Part shown: positions 17,081-26,560 of the stretch, in pieces
How the letters are laid out: each line of letters opens with the position of its first letter
Position numbering within the stretch: position 1 is the first letter of the stretch
NCBI RefSeq assembly: GCF_000025505.1
Contig: NC_013849.1
Location: 2,100,001 to 2,132,000 of the forward strand
DNA: 32,000 nt
Direction of reading: 5' to 3'
Source of the DNA: Ferroglobus placidus DSM 10642
GTDB lineage: Archaea; Halobacteriota; Archaeoglobi; Archaeoglobales; Archaeoglobaceae
Made by a program: the position numbers and the translations under genes
The notes under the pieces: model-generated
The model's database searches: none
What the model was told of the DNA's origin: nothing
What the model saw: the letters and a program-made list of their open reading frames with translations, nothing else

Positions 17081-17800
17081 CTACTCTCTTTCAAGGGACA
17101 GGATTTTCTCGATGTGTCTCAGTATTTTTTTCTCAGCTCTTCTTATATTTTTAGAAACTCCGGCTTTCGAAATTCCAAACTCCTTAGCCAGCTGGGTTAC
17201 GTTTACTTTTCTCGGATTTTCGTAGAATCCTCGTTTTATGGCAGCTTTCAAAATTCTTCTTTCCGTGAGGGTTAGATTTTCTATCTCTTTCATGAGATCG
17301 GCGAGAACTGAGGAATAGCTGAAAATTTTCGAGAACTCTTCAACGGTGATCCTGTTCTGGTTTTTAATTGTGAACTGGTTGTCCTTTTCGAGGTCGTACA
17401 GAGCTCTTTCCACATCTTCCTTTGTGTCGAATCCAACTTGCCAAAGCTCGCTGCCATTTTTTACGTAAAAAGGACCGACTATGTATCCCCCATTCTTTCT
17501 TATGGAGTTCATAGCACTCGTGTAATCGATTTCAGCTTTAGCTAACGCCACATTTCCTTCTCTTGATAACACCTCAAGTCTGTGAAACTTCGGTTGATTG
17601 TGCAAAGCGTGGATGGCGTTTTGCAGCTCCTCCTCATCCTTTGCAATTATATAACCGCGAACTACGAAGCATTCAGCTTTAAAGTCCCAGTAGGTTCCGA
17701 AGTAAGATACTTCCAAGTCGTCTGAGGTGTTTACGAAGGGGCAGTCGTACTGAAGCATGTCTATCGTTAGAATGTACATGCTCAGTAAATTACTCTTCAT
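17081..17800 (-). CDS. Archaeal transcriptional regulator with C-terminal bacterio-opsin-activator-type HTH (HTH_10-like)
   Basis: LTLTERRILKAAIKRGFYENPRKVNVTQLAKEFGISKAGVSKNIRRAEKKILRHI at the C-terminus. Confidence 0.8.
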   Translation of the reverse strand: MKSNLLSMYILTIDMLQYDCPFVNTSDDLEVSYFGTYWDFKAECFVVRGYIIAKDEEELQNAIHALHNQPKFHRLEVLSREGNVALAKAEIDYTSAMNSIRKNGGYIVGPFYVKNGSELWQVGFDTKEDVERALYDLEKDNQFTIKNQNRITVEEFSKIFSYSSVLADLMKEIENLTLTERRILKAAIKRGFYENPRKVNVTQLAKEFGISKAGVSKNIRRAEKKILRHIEKILSLERE

Positions 17801-17826
17801 TAAAAATTATAAACTTTTGTCTTCAA

Positions 17827-18657
17827 TCATTCCCGAGTTTTAACAGCAATACCTATTCCGAAAAGCACGACGAGCATTGACAGGTAAGCTTTAACATCGA
17901 GAGCTTGTGCGAGAATTATCCAGGCTAAGAAAGCGGCTCCTACTGCTTCTCCTATTATGCTCGCCGTAACCGGAACGACTTTCATTTGCCTCAAAAGGTA
18001 ATTTATCAGCGTATGCCCGAGCATCATAGGAACGGCAGCGAGTAAAACGAAGAAAATCCACGTTTTGATGGGGTAGCCGAAAAGCGGAAGCTTGAGGAGG
18101 AGAGATATTGCGAAGCTCACAAAAGCTGCCGTAGCGTAGGTGAGAAGCACGTAGCTCTCGAAGTCAATTTTGCTCCTCGAAAATCTTCCGAGGGTGAAGT
18201 AAACTCCTCCGGCTAAAGCTCCTATTAAAGCCAAAATAACTCCCTCCGGCTTGGAACTCGGGTCGGCTCCGCTCAAAAAGTAAACTCCGATTATAGCTAC
18301 AACGACGCCGATAACCTGAGTAGGCTTTGGTTTCTCCCCGAGTAAGGAAGAGAACACAGCTGAGAAAATTGCGTGGGTGCAAACTATGGTAGTGCTTACG
18401 GCTACCGATGCGTAAAACAAAGACTGCATCCAGCTTGAAAAGTGAATAGCCAACGAGCTTCCGGCTGCGATCGGATAAACCACTTCTCCTCTCTTGGGAA
18501 CTCTTATCGACCTCGTGAAAACTGAAAGAATCAACACGGAAAAAAATAACCGCCAGAATGCTGTAACAGGTCCAGGAGCATTTGCAAGGACAACGAAAAT
18601 TGACGCTGAAGAGACGGAGAGAACAGCCAAAAAAAGGAGAAGATAAAGCTTAATCAT
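17827..18657 (-). CDS. EamA/DMT-family transporter
   Basis: Two-fold repeated 10-TM pattern; GPVTAFWRLFFSVLIL, KPKPTQVIGVVVAIIGVYFL, VVPVTASIIGEAVGAAFLAWIIL. Confidence 0.85.
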   Translation of the reverse strand: MIKLYLLLFLAVLSVSSASIFVVLANAPGPVTAFWRLFFSVLILSVFTRSIRVPKRGEVVYPIAAGSSLAIHFSSWMQSLFYASVAVSTTIVCTHAIFSAVFSSLLGEKPKPTQVIGVVVAIIGVYFLSGADPSSKPEGVILALIGALAGGVYFTLGRFSRSKIDFESYVLLTYATAAFVSFAISLLLKLPLFGYPIKTWIFFVLLAAVPMMLGHTLINYLLRQMKVVPVTASIIGEAVGAAFLAWIILAQALDVKAYLSMLVVLFGIGIAVKTRE

Positions 18658-18659
18658 TT

Positions 18660-19232
18660 TTACGCCTTTTTAGCTTTAACGCAGAGAAAGTCGTCCCTTG
18701 ATAGCACGTCAACTCCGCTGATTTGCACTATTTCGAAGCTCTCATCCAGAATCTCTTCAATCTCTTCTAACGTGTAAAACTTTGCAGCTGAGTAAAACCT
18801 GTGTCCTTTTCTTCCCTTTTCCTCGTATAGCTTACCGAGAGCTGAGTTTTTGGGAACGAAGCCTATTATTAGATAACCGTTCCTTTTCAAAACCCTGTGA
18901 ATTTCCTCTACCGCTTTTTTAGGATTTTCGAGGAAGCAGATGGTCACGATGAGCAATACTGCATCAAACACCTCGTTCTTAAAAGGTAAAAAGCTTGCAT
19001 CTCCCCTCACTACCTCTACTCTCTTCCTCGCCACCCTAAGCATGTCTAAAGAAGCGTCTATGCCAATAGCCGAAAATTTCTCGGCAAATCTTCCAGTCCC
19101 AACACCCACTTCGAGGATAAGCCCTTTCGGGACGAGCTCTTTTAAGCACCTCACTTCTCTTTCGAAAATCTCTCTGTTCCTTTCGTACCATTCGTCGTAC
19201 TCCAAAGCCCTTCCCTCAAAAACTTCCCACAT
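18660..19232 (-). CDS. SAM-dependent class I methyltransferase
   Basis: LILEVGVGTGRFAEKFSAIGIDASLDMLRVARKR, DASFLPFKNEVFDAVLLIVTICFLENPKKAVEEIHRVLKRNGYLIIG. Confidence 0.88.
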   Translation of the reverse strand: MWEVFEGRALEYDEWYERNREIFEREVRCLKELVPKGLILEVGVGTGRFAEKFSAIGIDASLDMLRVARKRVEVVRGDASFLPFKNEVFDAVLLIVTICFLENPKKAVEEIHRVLKRNGYLIIGFVPKNSALGKLYEEKGRKGHRFYSAAKFYTLEEIEEILDESFEIVQISGVDVLSRDDFLCVKAKKA

Positions 19233-20505
19233 GCTTCGGAAAGATTACTTCGTAATCGTCAAGCCTGTCTTCAGCCTCCTTCATCTTCTCCTGAATGTCT
19301 TTTAAAAACTCCACGACGAGGGAAGCAGCGTATTTTTTGCATTTCCCGCAGAGAAGTTTTCCGGACTTGCAGCTCTCTCTAATCTCCTCAAGCTCCTCGT
19401 CCTCTTCAATTAAGTGGTAATTGTAAAGTTCAAATACCGCGCACTTCTCCGGCTCTCCTCCAAACCTTCTCTGCTCCTCCGCTGTGGCTCTTCCTCCGGT
19501 TAGTGCGTTCATAACCTTCTTTTTCGCCTCCTCTGGCTCGTCCAGCAAGCTTATGTAACTTTCCGGTTTGCTCGAGCTCATTTTTCCTCCCGTCAGTCCG
19601 GTAATGAACTTGTGATAGGTTGAGGACGGAGGAATGAACGCAAACCCTCCAATTTCAATTTCGATCTTTCTAACTTCTTCCTCTATCTTCTTTTTCTCTC
19701 CAAAAACGTCGACGTGCCCTTCGTAGAATTTTTTCTCGAAGTTCAAGCTTTCGAGCTCCTTCAAAAACTCGTTTCCCTTTCTACTCCTAATTCTCAGCCC
19801 ACCTTCTATTTCTTCGAAGGAAAATATGGAAGCTCTTGCTGCGAGATCTCTTGTAAGCCTGATGTGGGGATCTTGGTCTGCTCCAACGGGAACGACAGTC
19901 GGTTTCGGTCCGCCGAACTCTTTCAGCTGGGGAAAAAGTATATCCGCCGCCTGTATAGCCGGAACGTATATCTTCGTCAGCGGAGTTTCGCTTTCAAATC
20001 CGTATATTGCCCTGAGCTCGCCCCAGTTGACTTCAGCTGCTAATTCAAAAGCCAGATTTTTAACGAACTCGTTCGCGGACTGAAAGTATATCACGCTGTT
20101 CTCGTTCAAACCCAACGCTATGATGGCTTTAACGTACTCCATTCCGATTTCGAAGCACTTTTTCCAGCTTAAACCTCGGACTCCGTGGGCTTCCATGTCA
20201 GCTATAGCCACGAAAGCCTTTCCTCCTTTCTGGTTGTGCCAGACTATCTCGTCCATCGTCATCTTGTGTCCGAAGTGTGGCAAGCCAGAAGGCATGAATC
20301 CGGACATTACAGCAAATTCCTTGCCCTCTTTCATCGCTTCAACGATTCTCCAGTAATCCCTATGTCCGAAAATAACACCCCTCCTCATTAACCTCATCGG
20401 CTCTTCGATTTCGCTGAGCAAGTCCTCGAATTTTTCCATTCCGAACTCTTCTATCAGCTTGCTGTAATCGACAACTCCCTCAACCTCCCAGGGTGTAACT
20501 TTCAT
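19216..20505 (-). CDS. trpS: Tryptophan--tRNA ligase
   Basis: 429 aa archaeal class I synthetase: PSGLPHFGHKM (HIGH variant), PVGADQDPHIRLTRDLAAR, TGLTGGKMSSSKPESYISLLD (KMSKS variant). Confidence 0.93.
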   Translation of the reverse strand: MKVTPWEVEGVVDYSKLIEEFGMEKFEDLLSEIEEPMRLMRRGVIFGHRDYWRIVEAMKEGKEFAVMSGFMPSGLPHFGHKMTMDEIVWHNQKGGKAFVAIADMEAHGVRGLSWKKCFEIGMEYVKAIIALGLNENSVIYFQSANEFVKNLAFELAAEVNWGELRAIYGFESETPLTKIYVPAIQAADILFPQLKEFGGPKPTVVPVGADQDPHIRLTRDLAARASIFSFEEIEGGLRIRSRKGNEFLKELESLNFEKKFYEGHVDVFGEKKKIEEEVRKIEIEIGGFAFIPPSSTYHKFITGLTGGKMSSSKPESYISLLDEPEEAKKKVMNALTGGRATAEEQRRFGGEPEKCAVFELYNYHLIEEDEELEEIRESCKSGKLLCGKCKKYAASLVVEFLKDIQEKMKEAEDRLDDYEVIFPKHVGSF

Positions 20506-20514
20506 TCGGACACC

Positions 20515-21456
20515 TCACTCGAAGTGGTTCGGGGAGAGAACTATTTCCTCGTCGTAGATTTTAGCGTATCCGAGCCTCTCCTTTATGATAACGTACGCCA
20601 TCTCCGGCGGAATTGCTCCGATTTCGGTGACTATTAAATCTATGTACCCTCTCGGAGTGGCATCGAAGGCTGGATTTCTTATCCTCACGTTCTTGAGCGA
20701 CCTAATTTCCTCTCCAGCCACTTCTTCAGCGCTCCTCTCTTCTATTACCACAAGCTCTCCGAGAAGCGTTTTCGGGCTGAACTTGTAAGTTTCGGCTGCA
20801 ACGATGAAAGGAACTCTCGCCTCTTTGGCAGCTAAGGCGATCATGGATGTTCCTATTTTGTTTATTAAGGCTCCGTTTGCCGTTATCGTATCTGCTCCGA
20901 CGACGACGTAGTCAACATCCTCTATGAAGTACCTCACGGCGCTGTCAACTATCAAATTCACTTTAATTCCGTACTCAGAAAGCTCCTTAGCCGTTAAATG
21001 CCCCTGAAAGCGTGGTCTCGATTCTGTAGCGTAAACTTCCTCAATTTTCCCTTCGTCGAAAGCCCTTTTTATGACCGCTATAGCAGCCGAGGAGTTGCAG
21101 TGGGTCATCACGACGGAGTTTTTCTTTATTCTTCTCGCCCCTATCTCTCCTATTTTCTGCTTAGCCGTATCGACCCACTCGATAAACTCCTTCGCTCTTC
21201 TAACCAAGCTCTCCCTTTTCTCCTCTTCCGTCTTCCCTTCGTACCTCATCACGAAGTTTATAGCGTTGAACAAGCTTACTGCTGTAGGGCGCGTGTTCAA
21301 AAGCCTTTCAGCAGCCTTTTTCATTTTTGCGTCAAAATCTCCTCTGATCGTTAAAGCGTAATTCATGAGAGTTTCCGCAGCAAACCTTGCGATTCTCGAA
21401 GCTCCTCTCACTTCCATCGTCTCGATTTTTCTCGCAGCTTCCTCAACCATGTCCAT
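20515..21456 (-). CDS. Ribose 1,5-bisphosphate isomerase (eIF2B-like family); ORF extends to 21492 but start likely near 21456
   Basis: ASRIARFAAETL, VVMTHCNSSAAIAVIKRA, VYATESRPRFQGHLTAKEL, VDYVVVGADTITANGALINKIGTSMIALAAKEARVPFIVAAETYKFSP, RNPAFDATPRGYIDLIVTEIG. Confidence 0.88.
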   Translation of the reverse strand: MDMVEEAARKIETMEVRGASRIARFAAETLMNYALTIRGDFDAKMKKAAERLLNTRPTAVSLFNAINFVMRYEGKTEEEKRESLVRRAKEFIEWVDTAKQKIGEIGARRIKKNSVVMTHCNSSAAIAVIKRAFDEGKIEEVYATESRPRFQGHLTAKELSEYGIKVNLIVDSAVRYFIEDVDYVVVGADTITANGALINKIGTSMIALAAKEARVPFIVAAETYKFSPKTLLGELVVIEERSAEEVAGEEIRSLKNVRIRNPAFDATPRGYIDLIVTEIGAIPPEMAYVIIKERLGYAKIYDEEIVLSPNHFE

Positions 21457-22195
21457 CTTTCTCACCCGCCAAAATTGCCGCTCCCTTCGCAACTGCGAGC
21501 GGATCTTTTATAATTCTTATCTCCGGTCTGAATTCCGAAGGCAAAAAGTTGTATATCTGCTCGAAATCTTCAGGCTCGAGTATCGACGCTATCCTTCCTC
21601 CGAACACGACAGCTTCCGGATCGAGAATCATGACGGCTCTTGCAACTTCAGCGCATAAAATTTTGAATCCATCGAATTTTATTAATTCTTCTCTCGTTAA
21701 TTCTCTCCCAAACTTTTTTTTAATTGTCCACCCGCTAAAAAAGGTTTCAAGATGCCCTACACCACCGCAAACGCATTTTTCGTCTCCACCGACAAATGCA
21801 TGCCCTATTTCAGAAGCTAAACCGTTTCCTTTGTAAAGTTTCGAATCGGCAATTATCGCTCCACCCACTCCGGTGCCGAGAGTAACTGCAAAAAGGTTTT
21901 CGAATCCTGTTACGTGGTGAGCGTAGATCGCAAAGCAGTTTGCGTCGTTTTCAATTCTCTTTCCCTCGAAAAGCTTCGCGTTAAACTCTGGAATGTTCGG
22001 CGTCCTCAGAATTTTCCCTCCTCTAATCCATCCTGCAATAGCGAAAACCGCGTTACTGTATTTCTCAACGAATTCTGGATCTTTCAAGAATTCTGACGTT
22101 TTTAGAGTTTTAACGTGAACGAATTCTTCTCCTTCTTTGACAACAACATCTGTAAAAGTTCCTCCGACATCCACGCCTGCGAGCATCGCATTCAC
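21443..22195 (-). CDS. ROK-family sugar kinase/regulator-like protein
   Basis: AGVDVGGTFTDVVV, NDANCFAIYAH, LGTGVGGAIIADSKLYKGNGLASEIGH, CVCGGVGHLETFFSG. Confidence 0.85.
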   Translation of the reverse strand: MNAMLAGVDVGGTFTDVVVKEGEEFVHVKTLKTSEFLKDPEFVEKYSNAVFAIAGWIRGGKILRTPNIPEFNAKLFEGKRIENDANCFAIYAHHVTGFENLFAVTLGTGVGGAIIADSKLYKGNGLASEIGHAFVGGDEKCVCGGVGHLETFFSGWTIKKKFGRELTREELIKFDGFKILCAEVARAVMILDPEAVVFGGRIASILEPEDFEQIYNFLPSEFRPEIRIIKDPLAVAKGAAILAGEKDGHG

Positions 22196-22269
22196 TTCAA
22201 GTGCAGAAAGTAAAATAATTTCGGTGACTTGGCTAAATTAAAAAAATAAAAAATAGTCGTAATTCTTTA

Positions 22270-25251
22270 CTACTTTCTTCTTCCAATCAGATAAACAACC
22301 GCAAGCAGGCCGAGCAAAGTTAAGCCCGCTTCAAATCCGGGAGTTGGAGCTGGTCCTGTCTGAATCGGGGTTGGTGTGCTCTCTATCTGCTCTTCCGGAG
22401 TTTCTGCTGGAACGATTGTTTCTCCGGGAGTTGGCGTCGCAATTTTCTCGCTATCTTCAGGAACGAACGTTGTTATCGTTTCCACAGGAACCGCCATCTC
22501 CCCTGACCTTCCACAGCATATCTTGAATCTCGCTGAGTTATCACCTGTAACCTGATCAAACACAAGCTCGATTCCCTGCTGGGTTATGCTCTGCCCTGCT
22601 GAAAGCTGTTGCGAGGCGACAAGATTTCCAGAGGAGTCGTAGATTGAAACCTTAACGTTGTTGTTTGCGTAATCAACATTGTCAAGAACTACTGTGTAAT
22701 CTCCACACTGATACTTTTCTCCAATTTTGAGGTTCAGTTCCTTCCAGTCTTCACAGACTGGTTTTTCACCACCACAGCAAACTGAGAACACAGCCTTGTT
22801 ATCCCCAGTAATCATGGACAGCTTGATCTTCGCACTTCCTTCAGTTGCGAAATCTCCTATTCCAAGGGTGTGGGTTGAGAGCAGGTTTCCTGAGGAATCG
22901 TATATTGCTATGGTGACCTTTTGATTTCCGTAGTCCACGTTCTGAAGCTCGAAGTAATAATCTCCGCACTGATACTTCTGTCCGATTATCGCCTCAACTC
23001 TCTTTTCAACACACTCAACCTGTGCTTCCTCACAGCATATCTTGAATTTTGCTGAGTTGTCTCCGGTTATCTCTGCAAGAACAAGATTGGGCTGAGAGAT
23101 GCTGTCACCAAGGGAGAGCTCGTAAATACCCATCAGGTTTCCTGCTGAGTCGTAAACAGCAACCTTCACCTTCTGACTGTTATAGTCAACGTTGTCAAGA
23201 ACTATTGTGTATTTTCCGCACTGGTATTTTTCACCAATCTTCAAATCAAGCTCTTTCCAGTTCTCGCACGCAGGAGAAGGCATGGCTTCTTCACAGCAAA
23301 CCTCGAAAACAACCGTGTTCTCGGACGTCTCTGTCAGCTTTATCGTAAACCCTCCAACAACGAGCGTTTGTCCAAGGTTGACGGAGTAAGTTCCCACGAG
23401 CTGACTGTTCTCGTAAACTGTAACAGTTGCAAACCCTGTTGGAGAAATCCTTTCAACGTAGAAAACGTAATCTCCGCACTGATATTTTTCTCCTGGTTGA
23501 AGCTTCACTATCTGCGGTTTCTCACAGACAGGCTTTGAAACCTCTGGACAGAACCACCCTATAGCAAGGAATCCTGAGACGACGTTATGCTCGTCCTCAA
23601 CGCTCGCAGTGATTACATGCTGACCAGCCTGAACATTGGCTTCGAACTTCTTCAGCTGGGTGAAGCCCTTGTAAACCTTGTATGAATCAACCAGGTTTCC
23701 ATCGAGGAACAAATCGAGACCGTCATCGGCGGTGTAGTAAAGCACTATCTTTCCGCTCGACGGTGCGTTGAACTTCAGTGTAGCCTTAAAGTCTCCGTAG
23801 CCCTGTGGATAGTTGTGGTTCTGGTTAACGTATGGGGTTATCCAGTTGGCAATCGAGCCAACCTCTGGGCCTGAATACCATCCAGGATACGGTGGGACCA
23901 CGTAGGCGGTCATTCCCTCAACTTCCCAGTCCACTGGGTCGTTTACGGAATCTTCTGCAACCCCGAAAGCATCAGGAATGAAGTTTCCGGTTGTGCCTGT
24001 GCTGAGGTCGATTATCCCCTCACAGTCCGGAATCTCAATACCTTTCGTTTCTTGCTGGCTGCAGTCTATGACAAAAAACTTGCCTCCGTAAGCGTAATCA
24101 CGCTGGTTGATTTCCTGAATGTATATCTGGTAAGTTCCTGGGGACAAATTTGCAGGAATGGTCCATGTGTATTGCCCTGAATTGTGTATTCCGGAAGCTA
24201 TCGGGGTCATTGCCAGACTGAGAGTATCCACCAAGAAAAGGTCAACCCTCCAATCCTCATCTCCTCCAGTCCACTCAATGACTATCTCATCTCCAGCGCA
24301 GAAGCTCTCTCCCTCTGCAGGCTTAACAACAACGAGCTTTTCAGGCTTTAATTCCGGAGTAGTATCAGGTCCTGCTGCTATGATGTATGTAAGAGGATAC
24401 TTGTCGACGAGGTAGCCAGCGTTGAACGGCTGGTCGCACAGTCCATCAACGTCAGCATCAACACACAGGTCGCTGTATCCGTTGCCAGAGGGCGTGCTGT
24501 AGAAGTTACCACCAAGGTAGGGACCACCAATTATGTTGGTTCCGGGCGTTTTTTGTATGTTCAGATGCACATTTTCGAGGTTAGCAGGATCAGTTGCTGG
24601 ATTGGATGCAAGCCCTCCAATGTTCTGATGATTTTTGAGATAATTGTTGTAAATGTAGACGTTTTTCAACCCAATTACTGGCCAGTCCCCGTCAAAAACC
24701 GTGTATCTCGCAGTGTAAATCCCAATGTTACATCCAGTCACCCTGTTGCCTACAATTTCTGACGCATGAGTGTTTGCAATCTTTATGCCCACATCTGAAT
24801 TTCTAACTTCATTTTCGTAAATGAGTACGTTATCTGAAAATTCAACATGAATGCCCATTGAGAGAGAGTCAGTCACAACAGACTTGCTAACAGCTACTCC
24901 CTGGGCCCCCCTAATGTGTATGCCGGTATCAAAACCTTCAACCACAATGTTCTGGATAGAAACGTTTTTGATCGTGTTTGCGTAGCTGTAAACTGGATTC
25001 TGATTGACGACAAATATCCCAACTCCATCGTTCCCGGAAATTTTGTGCCCCTTACCGTCAAGAGTTACGTGGTCTGAAGTAATCAAAATGCAAGTCCCAG
25101 AAGCGGAGATGTCGCTGGCAAGTTCGTAGTATCCCGGAGAGTTGATAATTGTACATGTGCTTATCTGCGCTCCGAGAGCGGTTTGAATCAAACCTAATAG
25201 CAGCAAAAGCGACGCGAACTTTATTATCAACTTTCTTTCCACTTTTACCAC
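22270..25251 (-). CDS. Large secreted/cell-surface protein: signal peptide, NosD-like right-handed beta-helix, Ig-like and PA14-like modules, four tandem Cys-containing repeats, Pro/Thr linker and PGF-CTERM-like anchor
   Basis: 993 aa; N-terminal hydrophobic signal; HGI/RG..VSV beta-helix region; FFVIDCS; YTADDGLDLFLDGNLVDSYKVYKG; repeats of KYQCGxYxxxLxNVDY...VxIYDSxGNL...CC; C-terminus TPTPIQTGPAPTPGFEAGLTLLGLLAVVYLIGRRK. Confidence 0.88.
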   Translation of the reverse strand: MVKVERKLIIKFASLLLLLGLIQTALGAQISTCTIINSPGYYELASDISASGTCILITSDHVTLDGKGHKISGNDGVGIFVVNQNPVYSYANTIKNVSIQNIVVEGFDTGIHIRGAQGVAVSKSVVTDSLSMGIHVEFSDNVLIYENEVRNSDVGIKIANTHASEIVGNRVTGCNIGIYTARYTVFDGDWPVIGLKNVYIYNNYLKNHQNIGGLASNPATDPANLENVHLNIQKTPGTNIIGGPYLGGNFYSTPSGNGYSDLCVDADVDGLCDQPFNAGYLVDKYPLTYIIAAGPDTTPELKPEKLVVVKPAEGESFCAGDEIVIEWTGGDEDWRVDLFLVDTLSLAMTPIASGIHNSGQYTWTIPANLSPGTYQIYIQEINQRDYAYGGKFFVIDCSQQETKGIEIPDCEGIIDLSTGTTGNFIPDAFGVAEDSVNDPVDWEVEGMTAYVVPPYPGWYSGPEVGSIANWITPYVNQNHNYPQGYGDFKATLKFNAPSSGKIVLYYTADDGLDLFLDGNLVDSYKVYKGFTQLKKFEANVQAGQHVITASVEDEHNVVSGFLAIGWFCPEVSKPVCEKPQIVKLQPGEKYQCGDYVFYVERISPTGFATVTVYENSQLVGTYSVNLGQTLVVGGFTIKLTETSENTVVFEVCCEEAMPSPACENWKELDLKIGEKYQCGKYTIVLDNVDYNSQKVKVAVYDSAGNLMGIYELSLGDSISQPNLVLAEITGDNSAKFKICCEEAQVECVEKRVEAIIGQKYQCGDYYFELQNVDYGNQKVTIAIYDSSGNLLSTHTLGIGDFATEGSAKIKLSMITGDNKAVFSVCCGGEKPVCEDWKELNLKIGEKYQCGDYTVVLDNVDYANNNVKVSIYDSSGNLVASQQLSAGQSITQQGIELVFDQVTGDNSARFKICCGRSGEMAVPVETITTFVPEDSEKIATPTPGETIVPAETPEEQIESTPTPIQTGPAPTPGFEAGLTLLGLLAVVYLIGRRK
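22500..23545 (-). repeat. Four tandem repeats of about 85 aa encoded within the surface protein gene
   Basis: Units: CEKPQIVKLQPGEKYQCGDYVF..., CENWKELDLKIGEKYQCGKYTIVLDNVDYNS..., CVEKRVEAIIGQKYQCGDYYFELQNVDYGN..., CEDWKELNLKIGEKYQCGDYTVVLDNVDYAN..., each ending in VCC/ICC. Confidence 0.9.
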
Positions 25252-25537
25252 CTACTTTATACAGATCTTTGATTTAGAATTTTTAACCAATATTTAAAAT
25301 TTTCCCCAAAACTTTTTTGATTTTGTTAACTTATTCTTAATTAAAGTTCGATTTTTGTTAAGTTTTTGAAATATTTTTCAAAATATTTGTTAAATCCTTT
25401 TAAATAATTTTAGTAAAAATTTTTATTACTTAACCTAAATTTAAATTATTTGGTTCTAAAAGTTTAAAAATTGATCGCCATCAGGAATGTTTTTTAGAAT
25501 TTTTATACGCGTGATTTAGGAGGACAAGCATAAATAT

Positions 25538-26170
25538 ATGAGCGTCGAGCATAGGAACATGAAGCTACTCTCACTTGAAGACGGCGTTAAAGCTGTGAAG
25601 CTTGCGAGGGAAGCTATTGAAACTTATCTGAGGACTGGGAAAAAAATAAACAAAAGGCTGGGAGGTGTTTTTGCTGAGAAGAGAGGTGTTTTCACGACTT
25701 TAAACAAGCACCGCATGCTTAGAGGATGCATAGGATTTCCTTACCCTATAAAGAGGCTCGACGAAGCGATAATTGAGTCGGCAATAGCCGCAGCTACGGA
25801 AGATCCGAGGTTTCCACCGGTGAAGCTTGAGGAGATGGACGAAATAGAGGTGGAGGTGACGATTCTAACACCTCCGGAGAAGGTTGAAGTTGAGGACAGA
25901 ACTGAGCTGCCCAAGAAAATTGAAGTAGGTAGGCACGGTTTGCTTATTAAAAGAGGTTTTTACAGCGGTCTTCTCCTTCCTCAGGTGGCTGTGGAGTACA
26001 ACTTCGACGCTGAAGAATTTTTAACGCAAACTTGTTTAAAAGCGGGTCTTTCTCCTGACTGCTGGTTGCTCGAAGACACGGAAGTTTACGTCTTCGAAGG
26101 GCAGATATTTGCCGAAAAGGAGCCGAGAGGAGAGGTCGTCGAGGTGGACATTAAATCGTGCAAGCTATGA
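25538..26170 (+). CDS. AMMECR1 domain protein
   Basis: [46 protein letters not shown] is the AMMECR1 signature (LRGCIG). Confidence 0.93.
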   Translation: MSVEHRNMKLLSLEDGVKAVKLAREAIETYLRTGKKINKRLGGVFAEKRGVFTTLNKHRMLRGCIGFPYPIKRLDEAIIESAIAAATEDPRFPPVKLEEMDEIEVEVTILTPPEKVEVEDRTELPKKIEVGRHGLLIKRGFYSGLLLPQVAVEYNFDAEEFLTQTCLKAGLSPDCWLLEDTEVYVFEGQIFAEKEPRGEVVEVDIKSCKL

Positions 26171-26556
26171 TCCTCAAGCCTATCGGAGTAATCAGATCGA
26201 AGTACAAAAGCAGAAGGGAAGCTCCGAGGCAGGGAAGAACGAGCGAAGAAGTTAGCGTTATAGAAGTGTATGAAGAATTCGCCGAAGGCTTGGAAGGAAT
26301 CGAAAGGTTTGAGAAAATAATAGTCCTTTACTGGATGCACGAATCGAGGAGAGACGTTATAAGAGCGAAACCTCCGGGAGGAAATGAGAGAGGAGTTTTT
26401 TCTACTCGCTCTCCGGAAAGACCGAATCCGATAGGTTTTTCCGTTTGCAAGCTGCTCAAAGTCGAGGGGAGAAAAATATACGTTAAATGGCTCGACGCCA
26501 TCGACGGAACTCCTCTCATCGACATAAAGCCGTTTATAGAGGAGATAGACTGCTGA
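26158..26556 (+). CDS. TrmO/VirR-like (YaeB family) tRNA m6t6A37 methyltransferase
   Basis: [70 protein letters not shown]. Confidence 0.9.
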   Translation: MQAMILKPIGVIRSKYKSRREAPRQGRTSEEVSVIEVYEEFAEGLEGIERFEKIIVLYWMHESRRDVIRAKPPGGNERGVFSTRSPERPNPIGFSVCKLLKVEGRKIYVKWLDAIDGTPLIDIKPFIEEIDC

Positions 26557-26560
26557 TTTT

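Noticed and set aside
23049-23348. Plus-strand ORF inside the surface protein gene (and others such as 24158-24415, 24553-24762).
   Set aside because: Shadow ORFs of the repetitive coding sequence on the opposite strand.
22500-23545. Regularly spaced repeats considered as a CRISPR array.
   Set aside because: Repeats are about 255 nt, diverged and in frame with a surface protein; no short identical repeat/spacer structure anywhere in the window.
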